Assembly: GCA_965262915.1 (NCBI GenBank) | Contig: OZ253564.1 | Location: forward strand, 3,392,001-3,456,000 | DNA length: 64,000 nt | Origin: Candidatus Spongiisociaceae bacterium | Lineage (GTDB): Bacteria > Actinomycetota > Acidimicrobiia > Spongiisociales > Spongiisociaceae | Direction of reading: 5' to 3' | Part shown: piece by piece, positions 19,602 to 29,696 of the stretch | How the letters are laid out: each line of letters starts with the position of its first letter | How positions within the stretch are numbered: position 1 is the first letter of the stretch | Position numbers and translations under genes: made by a program | Notes under the pieces: model-generated | Databases searched by the model: none | What the model saw: only the letters and a program-made list of their open reading frames with translations | Told to the model about the DNA's origin: nothing

Positions 19602-20405
19602 TCAGTTCTTCTTGGCTACTCGCGTGTAGCGACGGACTGACAGCGGGGCGAAGATGGCGATGATGATCCCAGCCCAGATGATCGTGTAGAGGATCGGGTG
19701 CTGGAGTGGCCAAGCGGTGGGATCGGGGGTTCCCGGCGGGAGGTTGCCGAACAGGGTCCGAGTCGCGTGGGCGAGGGAAGACACCGGATTCCACTCTGCG
19801 AACGCTCTGAGCACGGTAGGGAGGTTCTCCGCGGGCACGAACGTGTTGGCGATGAAGGTGATCGGGAAGATCACAATGAAGGAGGCGTTATTGAGCACCT
19901 CCACGCTGGGCACCATCAGCCCGACCAGGGCCATCATCCACGAGATGGCGTAGGAGAACAACAAGAGCAGACCGAACCCGAGCAGGGTTTCGAAGATGCT
20001 TCCGTGGACCCGCCACCCCACTACCAGACCGGTCAACGCCATGATCAGCAGCGATAGGACGTTGTAGACCACGTCGCTGGCGGTGCGTCCCATCACCACC
20101 GCAGCCCGGGACATCGGCAGCGAACGGAAGCGATCGATGATCCCCTTCTGCATGTCATCAGCCAGGCCGGCACCGGTGAACGTGGCCCCGAACACCACGG
20201 TCTGGGCGAAGATCCCGGCCATGAGGAATTCCCGGTAGGAACCTCCAGGTATGTTGATGGCGCTGCCGAACACGTAGGCGAACAGCAGCACGAACATGAT
20301 CGGTGAGATCAGGACGAACACCAGCACGTCCGGCACCCGCTTGATCTTGATGAGGTTCCGGCGGGCGATCACCAGGCCGTCGTTGATGGCATACAAGGCG
20401 TTCAC
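19602..20405 (-). CDS. ABC-2 exporter permease (DrrB-like)
   Basis: DMQKGIIDRFRSLPMSR, FAEWNPVS, six TM segments. Confidence 0.88.
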   Translation of the reverse strand: MNALYAINDGLVIARRNLIKIKRVPDVLVFVLISPIMFVLLFAYVFGSAINIPGGSYREFLMAGIFAQTVVFGATFTGAGLADDMQKGIIDRFRSLPMSRAAVVMGRTASDVVYNVLSLLIMALTGLVVGWRVHGSIFETLLGFGLLLLFSYAISWMMALVGLMVPSVEVLNNASFIVIFPITFIANTFVPAENLPTVLRAFAEWNPVSSLAHATRTLFGNLPPGTPDPTAWPLQHPILYTIIWAGIIIAIFAPLSVRRYTRVAKKN

Positions 20406-21397
20406 GCCGCCCCCCTTCTCTTCGAGGCAACCGGCTGCTTGGTCTCGCCGTCTTCGGGCTCGGCAGCTTGGCCGGTGAGGGCCAGGAAAACATCGTCCAG
20501 GGTCGGACGGCGGAGAACCACATCGGTCAGTTCGATACCTTCCGCGTCGAGATCCGCAAGGACCCGGGCCAGCACCGACGCACCACCGGACACCGGGGCT
20601 ACTACCACCCTGGACCGCTCGTCGCCCTGTAGTTCACCCACCGCTACCCGGCCCAGCACATCGCGGACGTCGGAGAGTGCTTCGCGGACGGCCACCCTGA
20701 CCTCGATACGCTCGCCACCGACCAGGTCCTTCAACTCATCTGAGGTTCCTTGGGCGATGGCCCGACCGTGATCGATGACCAGAACGTCGTCAGCCAGCCG
20801 ATCCGCCTCCTCCAGGTACTGGGTCGTAAGCAGCAGGGTCGCGCCCCGCTCCACGAGGTCACGGATGAGGCTCCACAGTTCCCTCCGGCTGGGCAGGTCC
20901 AACCCGGTCGTCGGTTCGTCGAGGAATAGCACCGGGGATTCGGCGACTAGCGCCCCCGCCACGTCCAGCCGGCGGCGCATGCCGCCCGAGTAGGTCTTGA
21001 CGGGCCGGTCGCCGGCGTCGGTCAGGTCGAAGCGTTCGAGTAGTGCTCGGGCTCTGGCCTTGGCGTTCTTGCGACCCAACCGGTAGAGGCGGCCGATCAT
21101 GTCCAGGTTCTCGAAGCCGGTCAGGTGCTCGTCGACCGCTGCGTACTGGCCTGACAGGCCTATCAGCTTGCGGACCTCCGCCGGGTCGCGCAGCACGTCC
21201 ACTCCGGCCACCGTTGCGGACCCCTCGTCGGGTTCGATGAGCGTGGTGAGAATCGAGACTGCAGTGGTCTTGCCCGCCCCGTTGGGACCGAGCAAGGCCA
21301 CGATGGTCCCCTCGCGAACCGACAGGTCCAACCCGTCCAGAGCAACCACATCGCCGTATCGCTTGACGAGGCCCGTCGCCTCAATGATGTTTTCCAT
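20402..21397 (-). CDS. ABC exporter ATPase (DrrA-like)
   Basis: GPNGAGKTT, YSGGMRRRLD, FLDEPTTGLD, LLTTQYLEEAD, PTLDDVFL. Confidence 0.9.
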   Translation of the reverse strand: MENIIEATGLVKRYGDVVALDGLDLSVREGTIVALLGPNGAGKTTAVSILTTLIEPDEGSATVAGVDVLRDPAEVRKLIGLSGQYAAVDEHLTGFENLDMIGRLYRLGRKNAKARARALLERFDLTDAGDRPVKTYSGGMRRRLDVAGALVAESPVLFLDEPTTGLDLPSRRELWSLIRDLVERGATLLLTTQYLEEADRLADDVLVIDHGRAIAQGTSDELKDLVGGERIEVRVAVREALSDVRDVLGRVAVGELQGDERSRVVVAPVSGGASVLARVLADLDAEGIELTDVVLRRPTLDDVFLALTGQAAEPEDGETKQPVASKRRGAA

Positions 21398-21598
21398 GGT
21401 CAACCAACCCCACCGGCTATACGCGCGGCTTATCCTCCGTAGCTTCCACTGTGGCCCTGGACATAGAACCCGGGCACCCTGATGACCCAACCGACCCGTC
21501 GATGATAACTGCCGGCCGGCTCTAGTCCATCTCGGCGTGAGTCGGAAGGCCTTCCTCTCCAGGGAAAGGGCGCGACCGGGGCTGCCTGCCACTGTTTA

Positions 21599-21636
21599 TT
21601 AGGCTGTCCGAACGTGATCGTTTAGGGTGGTATAAC
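21599..21636 (+). promoter_or_regulatory. Weak DtxR/IdeR-like site (TTAGGCTGTCCGAA) and -10 TATAAC upstream of the iron ABC ATPase
   Basis: Resembles the palindrome at 23447; TATAAC at 21631-36. Confidence 0.4.
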
Positions 21637-21691
21637 TGGTGGAGGATAGCCACGGCGAAGCCCAAGAGACGGGACCCCTTCGGAGCTAGGG

Positions 21692-22726
21692 ATGCCATAC
21701 CTGCAGGCAGACGACATCACCAAACGCTTCAACGGTACTACCGCGCTCGCCGGTGTGGACCTCACTGTCGAGCAAGGTGAGTCCCTGGCCTTGTTGGGGC
21801 CGAGTGGTTGCGGTAAGACGACATTGCTGCGGATCCTGGCCGGTCTAGAGGTTCCGGACCGCGGCAGCGTCACGATCGAGGGCACCACCCTCACCCATCC
21901 GGCGAGGTTCGTGCCGCCCGAAAAGAGGCGAATTGGGATGGTCTTTCAGGATTGGGCCCTGTTCCCCCACCTGACGGTGGCCAAGAACGTCGCCTTCGGG
22001 TTGGACAAGGCGGAGATCAAGCACGGCCGGGTCTCCGAGACGCTCGATTTGGTCGGCCTGTCTCATCTGGCGGACCGTTACCCCGACGAATTGTCCGGAG
22101 GGCAGGCGCAGCGTGTGGCTGTGGCCAGGGCTCTGGCCCCCCGCCCGCGCGTGCTCCTCTTCGACGAGCCCTTCTCGAACCTGGACACCGGTCTGCGGAC
22201 CCGGGTCCGGGCCGATGTGTCGTCCCTGATGCGCGAGGTGGGAATGACCTCGATCTTCGTAACCCATGATCAGGAGGAGTCCTTCGTGGTCGCCGACCGG
22301 GTGGCGGTCATGAGCGAGGGCAGGATCGTGCAGGTCGGTCGGCCCTCCGAGGTCTACCAGTATCCGGTGTCACCATGGGTGGCGAGCTTCCTTGGAGAAG
22401 CCAACATGCTGAACGGCGTAGCGACCAACGGCCACGCCTCCACTCCGGTTGGAGTTGTGCCCCTCGCCGATCCCGTGCAGGGACCGTGTCAGGTGGTGAT
22501 ACGTCCCGAGCACCTGACTGTGGCCCGCGGTGACCAAGGCATTGTCTCGTCAGTCGAGTTCTACGGGCACGACACGTCCTACGAGTTGGCCGTCAACGGT
22601 ACGACCCTGTTGGCTCGAGTGATCGCGGCCCCGCACCTTGCACCAGGTGACCACGTGGACGTGGCCTACTCAGGACCTCCCGCCGTGGCCTTTGGCGAAA
22701 CCGCCGATGTCCTTACTCCTCGGTAG
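21692..22726 (+). CDS. Fe3+ ABC transporter ATPase (FbpC-like)
   Basis: GPSGCGKTT, VPPEKRRIGMVFQDWALFPHL, LSGGQAQR, TOBE-like C-terminus. Confidence 0.85.
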   Translation: MPYLQADDITKRFNGTTALAGVDLTVEQGESLALLGPSGCGKTTLLRILAGLEVPDRGSVTIEGTTLTHPARFVPPEKRRIGMVFQDWALFPHLTVAKNVAFGLDKAEIKHGRVSETLDLVGLSHLADRYPDELSGGQAQRVAVARALAPRPRVLLFDEPFSNLDTGLRTRVRADVSSLMREVGMTSIFVTHDQEESFVVADRVAVMSEGRIVQVGRPSEVYQYPVSPWVASFLGEANMLNGVATNGHASTPVGVVPLADPVQGPCQVVIRPEHLTVARGDQGIVSSVEFYGHDTSYELAVNGTTLLARVIAAPHLAPGDHVDVAYSGPPAVAFGETADVLTPR

Positions 22727-23213
22727 GACGGGACGCGAGTTCGTGTTCGATCAACGCCAATCCGACTTCGTTGCCTTCCACACGGCGCAGCCGCTGACAG
22801 ATACTCCCGACCACGGACTCCTCCTCCACCTGCTCGGCTAGGAAGCCCTGAAGGAAAGGCAGGCTTTCCAGGTCATCGATGTCGGTAGCCAGCTGATACA
22901 GAGTTCGGATACTGTCGGTGATACTGCGCTCATGACGCAGGGCCTCTTCGAAGACATGCACCGGACTGTCGAACTTGCTCACCGGCGCCGGAATCTCGCC
23001 GATCTCGACCCGACCGTCCCGCGCCAGGACGAAGTCGATGAACATCTTGGCATGGGCAGCCTCTTCCTGGGACTGGCTGCTCATCCATGTAGCCATGCCG
23101 GGACGATCATCCCCTTCCAGGTAGGCCGCCATCTGTAGATATGTGAGCGACGCCCCCAACTCACCGGTGATCTGGTCGTTGAGTGCGCTTTCCATCTGCT
23201 CGCTCAGGGCCAT
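22713..23213 (-). CDS. ftn: Non-heme ferritin
   Basis: LNDQITGE, YLQMA, QSQEEAAHA, HERSIT, FLAEQVEEE ferroxidase motifs. Confidence 0.88.
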   Translation of the reverse strand: MALSEQMESALNDQITGELGASLTYLQMAAYLEGDDRPGMATWMSSQSQEEAAHAKMFIDFVLARDGRVEIGEIPAPVSKFDSPVHVFEEALRHERSITDSIRTLYQLATDIDDLESLPFLQGFLAEQVEEESVVGSICQRLRRVEGNEVGLALIEHELASRPTEE

Positions 23214-23446
23214 TGATGTGTGCTCCTGTTCGGATCTATGACATCAATGCGATTCTACCGGCCGGGCAGGTGTAGCGAACCTATACATGTGCCTACCAGC
23301 GCGAATACCAGAGCCAAGAGGTTCGGCGACGCATGTCCGGAGCCCCAGCCGGGGCGTTCAATCTGTGACCCCACCGATCTGGACTCTGCGACGAGATCCA
23401 GCAGGCATCCTCCACGCCACTGCGCTTTCTGGCCGCTTCGAGAGAG

Positions 23447-23460
23447 TTAGGGTACCCTAA
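23447..23460. promoter_or_regulatory. DtxR/IdeR-like iron box TTAGGGTACCCTAA
   Basis: Perfect 14-bp palindrome; 13/19 match to consensus TTAGGTTAGCCTAACCTAA; lies between the divergent ferritin and iron SBP genes. Confidence 0.65.
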
Positions 23461-23583
23461 TAATATGTACATGGGTGTGGTGACATCTTCCATATTGGTT
23501 GCCTACCCTGCCTATTGAGAGGCAGGTGAGCCATACCGCCACCGAGGACTGACAGAAGCACAAAGGCATAGAGGGGACCCGAC

Positions 23584-24585
23584 GTGAAGCGAGCAGCGAT
23601 CGTGGCCATGGCGATGGTGCTCGGCCTGGGGGGAGCATCGTGCACCGGTGAGGAACCGGCGATAACGGTGTATTCGGGCCGTACGGAGAACCTGATCGGG
23701 CCGATCCTCGAGAACTTCACCCAGGCCACGGGAATCCCCGTCGAGGTTCGCTACGGGCAGTCGGCCGACCTGGCGTTGCTCATCGACCAGGAAGGAGACC
23801 GCAGCCCGGCGGACGTGTTCATCTCCCAAAGCCCGGGGGCCATGGGGTTCCTGGCGGGCGCGGGAAGGCTCCGGCCCATCGGCGAGGAGGTCCTCTCCCT
23901 GGTCCCGAAAGGCTTCCGCAATGCCGGCGGGCTCTGGGTAGGGATGTCGGGTCGCGTGCGGGTGATCGTCTACAATCGCAATCTGGTCGACCCGTCCGAG
24001 CTTCCACAATCGGTGTTCGCATTGACCGAGGAGCGGTTCCGGGACCGGGTGGCTGTTGCGCCGGCCAACGGCTCGTTCCAGGACTTCGTCACCGCGATGA
24101 GAGAAACCCACGGTGACGAGGTCACCCTTGCCTGGCTGGAGGGGCTGGTGGCCAACGACGCCCGCGCCTACGCCAACAACACGTCGATAGTCCAGGCAGT
24201 GGGCCGCGGTGACGTACCGATGGGCCTGGTCAACCACTACTACAACCAACGCGCCAAGGCGGAGGATCCGGACGTGGCTTCGGAGAACTACTTCTTCCCG
24301 GACCGCAACATCGGCTCGTTGATGATCGTCACGGTGATCGGCGTGCTCTCCACCAGTGACGTCCCCAATATGGCCGATCAACTGGTGGAGTTCATGCTCA
24401 GCGAGCCGGCACAGCGCTTCTACAGCGAAAAGACCTTCGAGTACCCACTTGCCGCCGACGTTGAACCTTCGGGACTGCCCCCTCTCGCCGGCATAGGCGT
24501 AGCCACCTACGATTTCGATCGGCTCGGAGGCGGGCTGGAGCGGACCAAGGAACTGATCGATGAAAGCGGGCTTGAGGACTCCTGA
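23584..24585 (+). CDS. Fe3+ ABC substrate-binding lipoprotein (FbpA/FutA-like)
   Basis: TVYSGR, EGDRSPADVF, GRVRVIVYN, LVNHYY (Fe-binding YY), FEYPL. Confidence 0.9.
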   Translation: MKRAAIVAMAMVLGLGGASCTGEEPAITVYSGRTENLIGPILENFTQATGIPVEVRYGQSADLALLIDQEGDRSPADVFISQSPGAMGFLAGAGRLRPIGEEVLSLVPKGFRNAGGLWVGMSGRVRVIVYNRNLVDPSELPQSVFALTEERFRDRVAVAPANGSFQDFVTAMRETHGDEVTLAWLEGLVANDARAYANNTSIVQAVGRGDVPMGLVNHYYNQRAKAEDPDVASENYFFPDRNIGSLMIVTVIGVLSTSDVPNMADQLVEFMLSEPAQRFYSEKTFEYPLAADVEPSGLPPLAGIGVATYDFDRLGGGLERTKELIDESGLEDS

Positions 24586-26167
24586 CGTCGCGGGTGTCAC
24601 CACCACCTGGCGTCAAGGACAGCATCGCGGCCTGCTGGTCACCGCAGCGGCGCTTGGCCTCCTCTTCCTCTTGCCGATCGGTTACCTGGCCTGGGGAACC
24701 CTGAGCCTCGGAGGGGACTTCTGGGCGACCCTCACGAGCCCGAGGACGCTGCGTCCCCTACGTAACTCGCTGCTGATCGCGGCCGCCACCGCTGCGTCCT
24801 GCATGGTCCTCGGCACCACCCTTGCTTGGCTCGTCGCCCGGACCGACCTCGCCGGGAAACGCCTCTGGCGGGTGGTTCTGCCCTTGCCGCTGGTCATCCC
24901 TTCCTTCGTTGGGGCCACGGCTCTACTCTCGGCGTTCGGCCGGGGTGGACTGGTGCCCTTCCTTCCCCGGATCGAGGGTTTTTGGGGCGCCTTCATCGTC
25001 ATGACCCTGCTCAGCTATCCCTACGTCTACCTCCCGGTTCTCGCCCGGCTCTCGACCACCGTCCCGACCCTGGAGGAGACAGCCCGGCTGCTCGGGACCC
25101 GCCCCGGGCGTACCCTGACCAGGGTGGTCTTACCGCAGATACGCGACACCGTCGCCGCCGGAACGATGCTGGTGTTCCTCTACGGCCTGAGCGATTTCGG
25201 CGCCGTCGCGGTGATGCGCTACGACACCATCACCCGCGCCATATTCTCTTCTCGCCTCTTCGACCGGGTCACGTCCCTCACCCTCGGCCTGGTCCTTGCC
25301 GTGCTAGCCCTCAGCGTGGTCGTGGTCGAGCGGACCGCCATACCGGACCGCCGACCGGGAAAGGGCATCGGGAAACAGCAGGTGCAGTACCCGCTACGGC
25401 GAGGCTCGGTCCCCGGTGTGGCATTGGCGGCCGGGGTAGTGAGCCTGGCCTTGGTGGCCCCCTTGGGAGTCTTCCTCGTCTGGGTGATCCGGGGCTCCTC
25501 AACTGTCGGCGTCGGCTATTCGGGTATCGGGGACGACCTTGCCTTCCTAGTCCGCCCCTCGCTCAACTCGGCTATCGCGTCGATCGCAACCGGTGTGTGC
25601 GCCGTTGCCATCACCCTTCCGGTGGCCTACGCGGCGGCCAGATACCGGAACCGGGTATCCGTCGCAGCCGCTGCTTCGGTGACCTCCGTCTTCGCCCTAC
25701 CCGGATTGGTCGTGGCCTTGGCAGTGGTGTTCTGGGCAATCCGGGCGCCCGGTCCGTTGGCGGCTGTCTACCAGACCTTTCCTCTGCTGGTACTGGCCTA
25801 CGTGCTCCACTTCGGTGCCCAGTCGATGAGAGCGTCCCAGGCGGCCATCGTCGACGTACCCAAGCGCTACGACGACGCCGCCCGCACGCTGGGAGTACCC
25901 GCCCGTCGTAGGTTCATCGCCATCGAACTTCCGCTGGTGATGCCGGGCCTGATCACCGGAGGAGGTCTGGTGCTCATGTCCACGCTCAAGGAACTACCGG
26001 CCACACTGCTGCTCGCTCCGATCGGATTCGAGACACTGGCCACCAGGATATGGAACGCAGCCGAGGACGGGTTCTTCGCCGAGGTCGGAATCGCCTCGCT
26101 GGTACTCATCCTCCTCTCGGGGGTCCTCACCTGGGTCCTGATACTCCGTCGCGAGCTGAAGGTGTGA
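24560..26167 (+). CDS. Fe3+ ABC permease (FbpB-like)
   Basis: Duplicated permease: LEETARLLG, LSDFGAV, DAARTLG, LKELPATLLLAP. Confidence 0.9.
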   Translation: MKAGLRTPDVAGVTTTWRQGQHRGLLVTAAALGLLFLLPIGYLAWGTLSLGGDFWATLTSPRTLRPLRNSLLIAAATAASCMVLGTTLAWLVARTDLAGKRLWRVVLPLPLVIPSFVGATALLSAFGRGGLVPFLPRIEGFWGAFIVMTLLSYPYVYLPVLARLSTTVPTLEETARLLGTRPGRTLTRVVLPQIRDTVAAGTMLVFLYGLSDFGAVAVMRYDTITRAIFSSRLFDRVTSLTLGLVLAVLALSVVVVERTAIPDRRPGKGIGKQQVQYPLRRGSVPGVALAAGVVSLALVAPLGVFLVWVIRGSSTVGVGYSGIGDDLAFLVRPSLNSAIASIATGVCAVAITLPVAYAAARYRNRVSVAAAASVTSVFALPGLVVALAVVFWAIRAPGPLAAVYQTFPLLVLAYVLHFGAQSMRASQAAIVDVPKRYDDAARTLGVPARRRFIAIELPLVMPGLITGGGLVLMSTLKELPATLLLAPIGFETLATRIWNAAEDGFFAEVGIASLVLILLSGVLTWVLILRRELKV

Positions 26168-26297
26168 CGATCGGGCTTCGGTAGAGAGCCGTCCTGGTGG
26201 GGTTTCTACGCCGGTCTCGGCATCACTCCGGCAGAGGTAGGCAAACTCTGATGGCGCCTTACCGCGCAAGATGGGTGAGGGGGGTACCGGCTCTCTT

Positions 26298-29066
26298 TCA
26301 GTTCTCTCGGGTCTGCGCTTCCCTGGCCTGGGCGGAAGCCGATGGAGGGACCGGCGCGAAGTAACCGACGATGAGGAGGAGCACACCCACCCCGAGGAAG
26401 GACACCACCCGAGCCACCGTCCCGGTGTTGCTGAGGTCGAACACGAAAAGCTTGACGACTACTACCGCCATCAGCGACGCACCGCCGACCCATACGGTGC
26501 GTCGTGCCAAGCGCACGCCGACCACCATTCCGGAGAGCCCCGCCAGGCCCCAGACAATGGAGAGCGACGCATGCAGGGTCGTGGAGTCGATCATTGCAGC
26601 CAGTTCGAACGGAACCCCTAGCCAGTGGTGGACCGTTCGGGCCACAGCCATGGTAGAGAAAACCACGCCTATGACCGTCATTCCAGGGGCCCAGGATCTG
26701 CCGACGAAGTCTTCGAGTTCATGGTCCTCCTCGGCCTCAACCAGTCTCTTCCAAGTCAGCACCACCAGGACCACGAGGGCTGTCAGGATTTCCAGCGGGT
26801 TGAGCAGCGGGAGGTAGGTCAGCGGCGGTGCATCGCCGGCCGACGTGAGGTTGATCGAGAGAACCGTCAGCGCCAGCACGAGGATCGCCGGACCTGCGCA
26901 CGCTGTGAGGTAGGTTCGCCAGTGGGCACCCAGCGGCCAGTCCACCTCCTCCCGCGCTAGCAACGTGGTGGCCACCACTGCCAGGACCGTTCCCAGAGCC
27001 GCGGTGATCGGCCACACTCCAGAGGCGGCTCGATCGATCTGCCAGTAGACCTCCGTCCCGAGCAGAACAGCGAGGATCCAGTAACCGGCCGCGTGCATCG
27101 TTGCCATGAGCCGAGGAAAGGCGCTCTCCCGCAGACGCAGAACCGCGTAGTACATCCCCAACCCAACGATCCAAGCCGCCCAGCCGTTCATCTCGAACGG
27201 ATGGTCCTGGACGGCCAGTGTCCGAATCGATGCCAATACCAGGGAGGGCAGCAGAAACGCACCCGTAATCGCCAGCCGCGGCCAGCGCACCGCCGGCGCC
27301 GCCAACGCCATCCCTCCGAGCGAGACCATGACGAACACGATCGACGAACTCAACTGATCATCTGCCCGAATCTGGCCCGTGATCTCCATGAGTCCGGCCC
27401 CGAGCCACCAGCCGACCCCCCAGAACAGCGCGACCCAAGGGAGGACCTTGAAAATCCTCAGTAGATCTTCCTTCGGTTCGACTAACCGGCTTGTGAACAG
27501 CCCGGCGGCTGCCAGTGCAACTGCTCCCAGGAAGAACCCGTTGATCAGGGGCGTTGTACCGTCTGGATAAGGAAGATACTCGACGAGATAAACTACGAAT
27601 GCTATCCCGGCGAGACTCTGCAGAAGACTGCCGCCCAAGATAGCGAGTAAACGTGCTTGCCGGACGCCGACCCAGACCAGAAAAGCGCCCTGCAGCACCC
27701 AAGCTATGGAAATGTATTGGACATCGAACGCCAGCGGTACCGCAATGGCGAGAAAGGTCATCCCCAGCGCTGAATAGGCATCTCGAAGAGGACGAGATTC
27801 CTCACCGAACCGGTGAGCTGTCACTGCGAACAATCCATGGATCACGGCCAGCACCAGAGCACTGATCGCGGGTCCGTACTCGAAGTGATCGGTCAGGATC
27901 GATTGGAACCCCAGACCGACGAACGGAAGACCGAACAAGAGCGGCATGGTCATCCAGTCTCTTATATCCAGGCGTTGCCGAACGGCGAACAGGAGCGGGA
28001 TCGTCATATACATGAATACCAGCAGAGCGATCAGCGGCTGGGTAGTCGCCCAGTCTTGCTCCTCATACCTGTTGAATAGCCAGAATACGGAAGCCCCTAG
28101 CGTGAACCCAAGACCCAACAGATTCAGCTCCGGCCAGATCTTGAACCAGGCAACAGCAACGATGGCGGCGCTCAGGATCACATAGAAGCCGAAAACGAGA
28201 ACATGATCCTCGGCATCGGAGTACGCCAGGATCGGAGCTAGGAAACCACCGATTATGCCGAGCACCGCCAAGGATCGGGAGTCCTGAGCAACAGCCAGTA
28301 CACCGGCGCCGACGGTGACAACTATGACCGATACGGCGGCGACCGGAGCCGGCAGGAGGTCGTACACCGCGTGCGCCACGTACGTGGTCAGGTAGAGGAC
28401 GGCGATCCCACCTCCCTGGAGGCTCAACCCGTAGATCGCGTTGCGGTCGCGCACGCGCCACCCCACCACCAGCAACAGCACACCGAACAGCGCAACCAGA
28501 ATGTGGCGCACCTCGATGGTAAGGGTGATCCACCCCTGTTCGAGAGCCACGCCGAGCAGGAACCCCAACCCGATGAGTGAGAGCAGCACCCCCACCTTGA
28601 CGGGAACGTTGCCGGTGGTGGCCCAGGTCTTGATCAGATCGAACACTCGGGCCCCGACACTGAACGAAGGGCCTTGATAGGCGACGGGCACACGCATAGC
28701 GTCCTGCACCTCGGCGCCCGGCGCAGCAGCACCTTCGACCGCCCGGGGTAGCACCGGAGGGAGCGGTTCGGGCTCGAACGGAGCCGACGTGACATCGGAC
28801 ACGGGCACGGGCAGAGGAGGTGACGGCGGCCGCTCCTCGGCAACCTCGGGAGGCACCGCCGGCTTGTCCAAACGGGCGCCTGCTCCCGCTGTCGCCTGAG
28901 ACTGCTCCACCTCTTGGACCCGGTGTCCGACCTCTTGGACCCGGCGTCGAAGCTTCACTACTTCAGCGACCAGGAACCCCGTGAGACCACCGAACAAGAA
29001 GCCGCCACCGCCATCCAGTAGCCAAGCCCCGAATCCGATACCGATGATGATGAAGACGGCAGTCAT
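26298..29066 (-). CDS. DUF2339 multi-pass membrane protein
   Basis: TGNVPVKVG, LQGGGIAVLYLT, LGIIGGFLAP, VVKLFVFDLS...RVVSFLGVG.LL...GYFAP.PP. Confidence 0.82.
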   Translation of the reverse strand: MTAVFIIIGIGFGAWLLDGGGGFLFGGLTGFLVAEVVKLRRRVQEVGHRVQEVEQSQATAGAGARLDKPAVPPEVAEERPPSPPLPVPVSDVTSAPFEPEPLPPVLPRAVEGAAAPGAEVQDAMRVPVAYQGPSFSVGARVFDLIKTWATTGNVPVKVGVLLSLIGLGFLLGVALEQGWITLTIEVRHILVALFGVLLLVVGWRVRDRNAIYGLSLQGGGIAVLYLTTYVAHAVYDLLPAPVAAVSVIVVTVGAGVLAVAQDSRSLAVLGIIGGFLAPILAYSDAEDHVLVFGFYVILSAAIVAVAWFKIWPELNLLGLGFTLGASVFWLFNRYEEQDWATTQPLIALLVFMYMTIPLLFAVRQRLDIRDWMTMPLLFGLPFVGLGFQSILTDHFEYGPAISALVLAVIHGLFAVTAHRFGEESRPLRDAYSALGMTFLAIAVPLAFDVQYISIAWVLQGAFLVWVGVRQARLLAILGGSLLQSLAGIAFVVYLVEYLPYPDGTTPLINGFFLGAVALAAAGLFTSRLVEPKEDLLRIFKVLPWVALFWGVGWWLGAGLMEITGQIRADDQLSSSIVFVMVSLGGMALAAPAVRWPRLAITGAFLLPSLVLASIRTLAVQDHPFEMNGWAAWIVGLGMYYAVLRLRESAFPRLMATMHAAGYWILAVLLGTEVYWQIDRAASGVWPITAALGTVLAVVATTLLAREEVDWPLGAHWRTYLTACAGPAILVLALTVLSINLTSAGDAPPLTYLPLLNPLEILTALVVLVVLTWKRLVEAEEDHELEDFVGRSWAPGMTVIGVVFSTMAVARTVHHWLGVPFELAAMIDSTTLHASLSIVWGLAGLSGMVVGVRLARRTVWVGGASLMAVVVVKLFVFDLSNTGTVARVVSFLGVGVLLLIVGYFAPVPPSASAQAREAQTREN

Positions 29067-29329
29067 GCCCTTTGTCCCCGCACTGACCGATACGGTAGCA
29101 GTGGGGTCTTGCAGGCTCGTAGCCGAAAAGCGGTCGGGCCAAGGGGCGCGGACCCACATGCCGGCAAGGTGGCCGGGCCACGGACCGCAACCGGCCCTTC
29201 CCTCTCCCCTCGCCTCAGTCGGGCAGGATGATCGATCCATGTCGGAGGACCCTCACCCCGTTCGTACCTGGTGGGGGATAGCTTTGACACGACCGGAGCG
29301 GCGTGCCACCCTCCCTTCCGAACAACGCG

Positions 29330-29455
29330 CTTATCAAGAGTGGTGGAGGGACAGGCCCTGCGAAACCACGGCAACCGATGCGTTCGGTGCCAATGCCTGA
29401 TCGATGAGTCGAACCAACGGCGGACCTCCGCTGTCGGTGCTCACGTAGAGCGCGT
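29330..29455 (+). promoter_or_regulatory. SAM riboswitch, SAM-I clan, P4-less (SAM-I/IV-like)
   Basis: CTTATCAAGAG..GGTGGAGGGACAGGCCC..GAAACC..GGCAACC..GGTGCCAA.GCCTG..GATGAG; P1 CTTATC/GATGAG; CAGGC/GCCTG pseudoknot; 3' hairpin 29413-38; possible L3 pairing with 29448-55. Confidence 0.88.
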
Positions 29456-29482
29456 AACGACAAAGAGGAGGAAACGCCGGCC

Positions 29483-29602
29483 ATGATCCTGTACGGAGCC
29501 CCCTACTCCCACACCGCACGCAACGCCCTGCGCACCTCCTGTAGAAGGGCGTGTTCGTGCTCTCGGGTGAATAGCCCGGGACAACGTGGGTTGTCCCCCT
29601 GA
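29483..29602 (+). CDS. Putative 39-aa leader peptide/uORF (3 Cys)
   Basis: RBS AAAGAGGAGG; MILYGAPYSHTARNALRTSCRRACSCSRVNSPGQRGLSP*. Confidence 0.35.
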   Translation: MILYGAPYSHTARNALRTSCRRACSCSRVNSPGQRGLSP

Positions 29603-29696
29603 TCGCCGCCATCCGAGAGCCCAACCAGGCGCAACCAACCAACCCGGTCCGCAACCGCTGCGCGCCCGGACGGGTACATCAACGAAAGGACCAGCA

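Noticed and set aside
28910-28950. 21-bp imperfect tandem repeat in DUF2339 (RVQEVGH RVQEVEQ)
   Set aside because: In-frame coiled-coil heptad duplication; trivial
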